Of a DNA stretch of 64,000 nucleotides, positions 55,807 through 64,000 are shown piece after piece. The position numbers and the translations under genes are program-made. The DNA lies in the NCBI GenBank assembly GCA_964016885.1, contig OZ024760.1:24614001-24678000 (forward strand), written 5' to 3'. The stretch comes from Eledone cirrhosa (taxonomy: Eukaryota). The notes beneath the pieces were generated by a model. That model made no database searches and was not told where the DNA came from. It saw only the letters and a program-made list of their open reading frames with translations. Position 1 is the stretch's first letter. Each line of letters starts with the position of its first letter.

Positions 55807-56914
55807 CACATATCTATTTCTATTTATCTATGTACTTATGTATCTCTCTCTCTCTTTTTTATATATATGTTGTTATACTTGGGGACGGTCATACTATTAT
55901 AATATTGTCAGAAATAATTACAGAACACACTCACTGTTTGGTTTGGTTTGTTTTTTTAAAATGCCTTTGTTGTGTTTCTCCGCTCGTGTTGGTGATGTGG
56001 GTTTGTATAGACTTGATACAGTTCGGCATGCTGTCTATAGACATCCTACCAGATTTATCTGTGGGTAGACACACTACATCACCATCCCTTTTGCGCTGCT
56101 TGAAAAGGAAAAAAATATATAGTAGAAAATGCTGGAGGGATTTTTTTCCGTATAATATGAAAACATTTATTTATAAAGTAGGGATTTCCACATTTAATCG
56201 TGTACCAGTTTCAGCTGTATATGCTTTTTTAACGACGGAAGTGTATAGTGCAGTTAAATTGCATATGTATACGAATAATAATAAAATGGAGAAGGAATTT
56301 TTTTTGTTTTTAAATACATATTTAGAGAGGAAAGTTCGTGTTTTTGTGCGAAGTTTTCTTTCGTTCTCTGTTAGTGTTGACCAACAGAGGTGGTAGCAGT
56401 TTAAATTGTTGGCTTCAATTGTTTGCTTCGACTGGTACTAGTAGTAGGAGGAGGGGAAGGAGAGGAAGAAGGAGAAGACGTGGGGGAGGGGTAGAAGAAG
56501 ATGAAGGAGAGGGAGGTGACGAGGAGGAAGAAGGGGGGGGGGGAGGGGATACGCGTGGTAGCAATACGAGGGCTATGGTAAGGAAGAGGAAGACGGAGAA
56601 GGGGTGGTTGTTGTAGAAGGAGAAGGCTAACAGTTGTGGTGGTGATAGTGTCATTGTTAATAATAACAAGGGTAAGCTATACGTGGCATTGGTTTGAATG
56701 CTTGAATAACCATAGAGTTGACTGAGGAAGTAATTGTTTCTAAAAATATCTAACTTGGTATTCCTGTATGAAATGATGGCATTCTTAAATTAACCTGCAG
56801 TATGGGTGTTTCTAAGAGATCTTCCTGAAATGCTGGCATTCTTAAATTGACCTGCAGTCAATATATATCTATATATCTATATATCTGTCTATCTATATAT
56901 ATATATATATATAT

Positions 56915-57556
56915 ACGCATTGGTACACTGCTCGGGCATTGCCGATCTGTGGGGCTATGTCGAACAACTGCTGTCAAGGGTGGGACCGATCCGGTTGACC
57001 ACCGAGTCTATTGTAACGATCAAGCCGCTTCCCCTCTTCAAAAACGAAGGAGAGGCGGTGTTTCTGTGAGTAATAGCCATGGCGAAAGAGGTTGTATGGT
57101 GGACGCGTCTGAAAGGACTGAGGTCAGACACCTTTCTCTCTGGCCAACAACTGGTCCGTTTCTTCCGATATCATTTCGGAAGAAGGATCAGGATGGAGAG
57201 AGAGGTGCTGCACCCCAGCCGTTTCTATGAAAGATGGGTGAAAGTGGCGAGATTGGCCCGTGTGAATGGGCCTTCACTCTACATCAGAGTATAGGTGAGG
57301 AAGATGAAAGACCAAGGGAGCACCCCTTCTCTGTGCTCCTGAGAGAAGGGTTGCACACTTTTTTCGGGGGTGTGTGCGACCCCCCAAGGCGCCTCCTCTC
57401 TATTGAGGACTTTGTTATAAATTTTATTTTTTGTTATATTTTATTTTATTTTTATATATTGTTATTGCCTCCTCCTTATTGAGGACGCCTTGTTTTGTAA
57501 ACTCCCCCCATTGTACTTGTCCCACTTTTGATGCCCTGGTGGCAAATAAAAGAAAC
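56915..57556 (+). mobile_element. 5'-truncated Tx1-family copy (ORF2 C-terminus + 3' UTR) inserted in (TA)n
   Basis: Translates as HALVHCSGIADLWGYVEQLLSRV...VFL*VIAMAKEVVWWTRLKGLRSDTFL, co-linear with the ORF2 end at 38650-39029, with one in-frame stop. Ends GGCAAATAAAAGAAAC. Confidence 0.9.
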
Positions 57557-58209
57557 ATATCTATATATATATAATTTTATATATTCTGGTACATATGGTT
57601 TGGTTATGTGTATTCGGGAGTTTTGCGTCTATGTGAGTATGCAGGTTTGTACGTATGTAGGGTGTGTGTATATGTGTACTTCATGTTTGGTTGACGTGTG
57701 TATCCGAACATTTGTGTATTTACATGTAGGTATGTGTGTGCGCTTGTTATATACGTATTTATTTATTTATATACGTTTATTTATTTATTTATTTAATTGT
57801 ATACACGCACACACACACACATATTTATATGTGCGTCGTTTTGTATATCTATGGCAAGTGTTTTCGCGTATGTTTGTGTATGTACGTATATGCATGCGTG
57901 TATGTATTTATTTAATTTCTATTACCTCTGTATTGTATTTTTTTACTTTATTCTTAACTCTCAAGCGGAGATTCTTTCGGTTTCCTAGTTAGAAATTTAG
58001 TCTACGACTTCAGCTATACCATTTACGTGGTTTTGTCTTTGCGTGCAATTGTTCTACACGCTCCACATAGGACGTATTACCTTCATTTTCTCCGTTCATT
58101 GCCAGAGATCGTCTCTATGAACCACCTAAGAGAACATTAGTCTACGACTTCTTTTATACCATAAACGTGGTTCTGTCTTTGCGCGTAATTGTTTTTCACC
58201 GCTCCTATT

Positions 58210-58346
58210 AATTGTTTCTACTTTAGGCACAAGGCCAGCAATTACCCAGTGCATCACTGGTACTTTATTTTATCGACCCCGTAAGGATGAAAGGCAAAGT
58301 CAACCTCGGCGGGATTTGAACTCAGATCGTAAAGGGACGTAACTAT
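58210..58346 (-). mobile_element. 5'-truncated SINE inserted in a ~140-bp tandem duplication
   Basis: Splits the second of two ttagtctacgactt... units (57997, 58137). Confidence 0.78.
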
Positions 58347-58374
58347 GACGTATTATTTGTTTTTTCCCGTTCTT

Positions 58375-58635
58375 TGCCAGCGAACGTTTCCACGAACCAA
58401 AGTATCGTCTTCCTGTCTTCCTCCGGTTGCAACGTTTTTTTAAATATCCAGTTCTGCGTTTACAAATTGACTTTGTTAGTTTCAGAAGATCCCGTTAAGG
58501 GTGAAAGCAGCGATTCTTTGCTTAAACTTTAATCTGCTATTTTAATAAATATTTGCTCTACGGTTCCTATATATTTGATATATATTTATCCTTATCGAGC
58601 CCTCTTTGGATTTTAGTCTTCAAATTAATTATTAT

Positions 58636-58640
<5 letters not shown>
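58375..58640 (+). mobile_element. TA-inserted dispersed repeat; pieces also at 8268-8517, 40319-40392, 45815-45951
   Basis: Shared blocks cgtttccacgaaccaaagtatcg..., gttaagggtgaaagcagcgattctttg... and ...atcgagccctctttggattttagtcttcaaatt, in shuffled orientation between copies. Confidence 0.7.
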
Positions 58641-58705
<65 letters not shown>

Positions 58706-58807
58706 GTATACGCATATATATATATATATATATATGTATACGTATATATTTATATATATATATATATATTATATATATATATAGACATATATATATATAT
58801 ATGTATA

Positions 58808-58853
<46 letters not shown>

Positions 58854-58899
58854 CACATATATATATGTATATATATATATACACATATATATATATGTA

Positions 58900-59012
<113 letters not shown>

Positions 59013-59013
59013 A

Positions 59014-59054
<41 letters not shown>

Positions 59055-59075
59055 CTATATATATCTATATATGTA

Positions 59076-59132
<57 letters not shown>

Positions 59133-59243
59133 CTATATATATATATATATATATCTATATATATATATATATATATATATCTATATGTATATATCTATAT
59201 ATATCTATATATGTATATATGTATATATATATATATATGTATA

Positions 59244-59375
<132 letters not shown>

Positions 59376-59651
59376 CTAGTAATATTCCGTTGAGATTTCA
59401 GCTGATCAATCATTCTGAAAACTCGTCGAGAACAAAAGAATAAAAGTGAGGCCATATTTAGTTTTACGCAGCCAAAGGTTGGGAACATTGAACGGCTTTT
59501 GCGAGAACGTAATGTATTATTTATAAGATGTTGGTAGGTCAGTACCGAAGTGAATTGATTCACTTAGTTGAGCTACATTACATTTACTCGTACGAAGAGG
59601 AGGAATCGTTATATATATATATATATATACATAACTATATATATTATATAT

Positions 59652-59795
<144 letters not shown>

Positions 59796-60093
59796 TATAT
59801 ATACATATATATATATAATATATAATATATATACACATTATATATATATATATACATATTATATATATATATATATACTTACGTATATATATATAATATA
59901 TATAGTTAACTATATATATTATATATATATATGTATGTATATACATATCATACATATATATACATATGTATATATATATACTATATATATAATAACGGAA
60001 TATTACTAGTACATGTATATATATATATATATATATATCCATCTACCTCCCGCTCTGTCTCTCTTTTTCTTTCTCGTTCTTTCTCTCTCTCTC

Positions 60094-60195
<102 letters not shown>

Positions 60196-60424
60196 CAGAG
60201 AGAGAGAAAGAACGAGAGAGGTAGAGGGATAGATAGGTAGAGATAAACAGAGAGATGCATAGAAAGAGAGGGCGAGAGATAGGTTGGTAGAGAGAGATAG
60301 ATAGAAAGATAGTTAGAGAGAGAATTAGGTTGATATTACTATATTTTCACTAGTGTGCTTAAATAAATAAGATGCACACACATATGTATATATATATAAA
60401 TGAAAATGTATATGTAGATATTAT

Positions 60425-60557
<133 letters not shown>

Positions 60558-61271
60558 ATATCTACATATACATGTTTGTATGTATATATGTTAGAAATAA
60601 GTTATTCACTATAATCGAAAGTTGAGCTTCACTCTATCTGTACGTCAGGGGGGGGGGGGATTTCGTTATGAGTTATGAATTATTAATAGGCACAAAAGGC
60701 CGTATTCTTGTCTCTGTTTAATGCATTTGGTTAGACCTGTGCTGAAAATTTTGGCAGTTTCGTGAATGTAATAAGAATTCATATACCATAATAAGGTGGT
60801 TGTGACAGCAACGGTAGCTTGCCATTCACCACTTCCAGTCAAATAATGGATATATTGTCCTCTATGTAGCAGTAACAAAAAAAAAAAAAATAAAAAATAT
60901 AAATATACATAATAATAAAACAAATGTCTATTCTCACTCTATGTGTTATAAAATTTTCATGTCTGCATTTCTACAACAGTCGCCATTTTACGTTTTGTTT
61001 GTTTATTATGACGGACCGACATCGAATTAAAGTGAGTGTTAAGAAATTGTAGTAAGGTGTTGCAGACAATGGAACTTAGTCTGTCACCTGTTAAAAAGTT
61101 AAAAAGCGAAAAACAAAAATGTTTGGCACGTTTGTAACACATTAACTTGACACACTAACAACGTTGCTAAACATTTCCATATATGGCAAAAACTACTACC
61201 TAAAAGCAGGATAGCAACCTCAAAAGAAACATCGAAAGATATGGTGAATATATAGGGATAAAGATGCATCG

Positions 61272-61775
61272 AATTGGAAGAATGGTTAGAATATTCGGAT
61301 AGAATACTTTGCGGTATTCGTTCCGGCTCGCTGCATTCTCAGATCAAATCACGCCAAGCTCGACTTTGTCTTTCATTCCTCGAGGTCGATAGAGAAAGTT
61401 ACCAGTCTAGGAACAGAGTCGATTCTTCCGCTATATTTTTTTCACACTTTCCCCTTCTCACTTTCTTTCCTTCTCCGGAAGAAATCTATTGTGTGTAGGC
61501 CTGCAGAATGAAGTGCTCCACCAGGTTTTAAAAAAAGCCCATACCACTACGGCACCCTTACGACTCCCTCACTCACGCACGAATAAGAATGGGTCTCCGT
61601 CGAATCCGACGATGTGTTTTCCATTGGTTGTCTCAACGGAACGATCTACTCGTAATGTTACAGTGAAATTGACATGGTTACGCAACCAGCAGACGTATGG
61701 AACCACGAATTACATCACAGGGAGATTCAACTTGACACAGTATTTAGCAAGGCTGGACACTTTGAATTTAGAGGA
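61272..61775. mobile_element. Two old, diverged SINE remnants (61272-61510 +; 61595-61775 -)
   Basis: Degenerate match to the SINE body. The second shares cagggagattca with 290-440. Confidence 0.5.
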
Positions 61776-61973
61776 AAAGTTCAGTTGACGTACTTCCAAA
61801 CTGTTTCATTCTATAGAATTTCACGAACAGGAATGGCATAGACCCGACATCATGGTGATTGATATATACCCCCAGATACCTTGGATATCATCATTGACAA
61901 GCAATGTTCTGAAACAAGAGCCTCCCCCCTTCGCTTTATCTCGCTTTCTACCTACTTCCCTACTTACCCTACA

Positions 61974-62049
<76 letters not shown>

Positions 62050-62329
62050 CATGCAAATGTATAAGTACATGCACACACACGCACACACACATACATATAT
62101 ATATAATTAGATTAGAATACGCCACTAATATATATTAAATCTCTCCCAAGGTAACTCTCTCTTGTGTTGTTATTTTTATTTTATCCTTTATACTCTTCCC
62201 TTCATTCTACACATCTCACACATCTTATACACACCACGCATCTCAACGTTCACCCACTTACATCTCTCTCTCCACCACCGGACCTTGTTACCCGGAGATT
62301 TACCCATTTGCATTGTCGAGGCTTCCTAA

Positions 62330-62414
<85 letters not shown>

Positions 62415-62556
62415 TTAGAATACGCCACTAATATATATATATATATGTATTGAGGGCGACCGGCAAAGGTGGAAGATGGTGGATGGCGGTCGTCCTCGGC
62501 TCTTTGATTTACAGCCCCATGGATTTTATCTATTACATTCACTTATTATATTTCGA

Positions 62557-62614
62557 ATACCTGATGATATCACCGGATTCCTACGGAACCCGGTCATTGA
62601 AATGACCATAGTAT
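62557..62614 (+). ncRNA. Type-I hammerhead ribozyme
   Basis: atac-CTGATGA(62561-62567)-tatc accgg a ttcc tac ggaa c ccggt catt-GAAA-tgaccATA-gtat. Confidence 0.78.
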
Positions 62615-62671
62615 AATAAACCTTTCAAGGATTTACACAAGTCTAGCCTCCTGTCATTTCATTATAATTAT

Positions 62672-62704
<33 letters not shown>

Positions 62705-62734
62705 AGATCAAAAGATGGTTAAATGAGTTCCATG

Positions 62735-62805
62735 TATTTTATTATGCGCATTTCAAAAGCAAATATCATCATGCAATAACATTTGTGTTTTCATCAGATA
62801 AAATA
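62735..62805 (-). ncRNA. Type-I hammerhead ribozyme
   Basis: tattttat-CTGATGA-aaacacaaatg...tatttgctttt-GAAA-tgcgcATA-ataaaata. Confidence 0.85.
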
Positions 62806-63164
62806 GGAGGACATGATATGAAGGTTAAAAAACACTTGTCGATAGTGCAGTTTTAAATCAACATATGAAAAGTAGTTTTAGATTGATGTGTGATATTGAG
62901 AAAAAAATGTTGAGGGGGTGGTGGTGAAAGGATGAAAAAGAGGAGGAGATGAGAGTAAAAAGTGGAGGGGGAGGAGTATAGTGAGGAAGGATGAGATAGG
63001 AGGAGAGATGGGTGATAGAGAGAGAGAGAGATAGCTTTTATAACAGAAAAATATATTGTTTTACATAGAGAGGTTGAAATAACCGTTGGAAGATAATGTA
63101 TAAGTTAAAAGAATTTGAAAATTAACGAAGAGAAAAATAATGTAAAGTTAAGGTTTGTATATTG

Positions 63165-63332
63165 AAGGGTTTAATAATATGTTCGATGAAAAGAAATTGT
63201 TAATATGTATTAAGAATAATATTTAAGGGTTTAATAATATGTGCGATGGAAAGAAAATGTTAATATGTATTAAGAATAATATTTAAGGGTTTAATAATAT
63301 GTGCGATGGAAAGAAAATGTTGATATGTATTA
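63165..63332 (+). repeat. ~60-bp tandem repeat x ~2.8 inside the PLE 3' UTR
   Basis: aagggtttaataatatgt(t/g)cgatg(a/g)aaagaaa recurs at 60-bp spacing. Confidence 0.85.
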
Positions 63333-63716
63333 TTAAAAACAGAAGTAATGTAAGTAAGGATATATTGTGAGATGAGCGTGAATAAGTTAGATGAAAGGGA
63401 GAAAAAAATAATGAATAGAGGATGAATAATCTAACGTCAAAAAATGTTTATGTTTACGAAGTATTTTTTCAAGGTGATATGAAGTAATAATATGGTGTAT
63501 TGTGTAATAATTGTTTCTATGTTAGGCACAATGAGAAAAGGTACAGATTAGGGGTTAGAAATTAGGAGTGATGTAGAATATAATAAATATAATAAATATA
63601 ATAAATAACTTTGAAATAAGGTAGACAGATAGGTATATTTTTAAAGAAGTATATATATATATATATATATATATGTGCCTTTGAGAAAAGGATTCTGAAT
63701 GATAAAGTTTATCATA

Positions 63717-63850
63717 TTAGCTGTATACTTTATGGAAAGTTCTGTGGAATTTATGCAAGCAGATAGAAAACAAGTCAGTGCGTCTATTTATTATAGAATC
63801 TAAATGAGAAATAATGGTAAATTTTTCATTTAGACAGTGATTGCAGTTCA
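63717..63850 (-). pseudogene. C-terminal fragment of a PLE RT/GIY-YIG endonuclease ORF
   Basis: NCNHCLNEKFTIISHLDSIINRRTDLFSICLHKFHRTFHKVYS*; recognised by motif only. Confidence 0.65.
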
Positions 63851-63926
63851 ACATCAATCTAAAACTACTTTTCATATGTTGATTTAAAACTGCACTATCC
63901 ACAAGTGTTTTTTAACCATGTCCTCC

Positions 63927-63997
63927 TATTTTATCTGATGAAAACACAAATGTTATTGCATGATGATATTTGTTTTTGAAATGCGCATAATAAAATA
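63927..63997 (+). ncRNA. Type-I hammerhead ribozyme (inverted partner of 62735-62805)
   Basis: CTGATGA at 63935-63941, GAAA at 63978-63981, tgcgcATA, stem I tattttat/ataaaata. Confidence 0.85.
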
Positions 63998-64000
63998 CAT

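Larger units (their letters stand above)
62704..64000 (-). mobile_element. Truncated Penelope-like element: GIY-YIG C-terminal remnant, 3' UTR, pLTR with hammerhead, and inverted pLTR
   Basis: Inverted repeats ~62731-62889 / ~63851-64000. Minus-strand peptide CNHCLNEKFTII...IINRRTDLFSICLHKF resembles the CxLCLxEK...LNKRxELxSxCRH tail of PLE ORFs. Confidence 0.75.

Noticed and set aside
58480-58520. CAGAAGA-tccc gttaa gggt-GAAA as an active ribozyme
   Set aside because: Core and stem II are suggestive, but no NUH site or stem I could be assigned.
60666-61142. Minus-strand host exons and an AAAATGGCG start
   Set aside because: The ATG frame closes after 9 codons; no recognisable protein or consistent splice pair.

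Overview
AT-rich, microsatellite-saturated eukaryotic DNA. The tRNA-derived SINEs resemble those of octopod cephalopods (inference from recalled consensus sequences). Almost all short ORFs in the track are (TA)n/(CA)n artefacts. The only convincing intact coding unit is a full-length, apparently young Tx1/L1-clade LINE (33509-39288; ORF1 with a CCHC knuckle, ORF2 APE-RT) sitting in an (ATT)n tract. The main hidden structure is a dense set of short elements inserted in or next to (TA)n tracts. Many are fold-back palindromes, and at least nine sequence-divergent families carry type-I hammerhead ribozyme folds (CUGAnGA...GAAA, usually with a tiny palindromic stem III). Most families also share a covarying bulged hairpin near the 3' end. 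One copy (62704-64000) retains a Penelope-like GIY-YIG C-terminal remnant, so these are best read as Penelope-like element (PLE) pseudo-LTR derivatives. Also present: two non-autonomous Helitrons (one in a head-to-tail junction), many SINEs, RTE/CR1/Tx1 fragments, and tandem arrays built from TE ends. No host protein-coding gene could be firmly supported.
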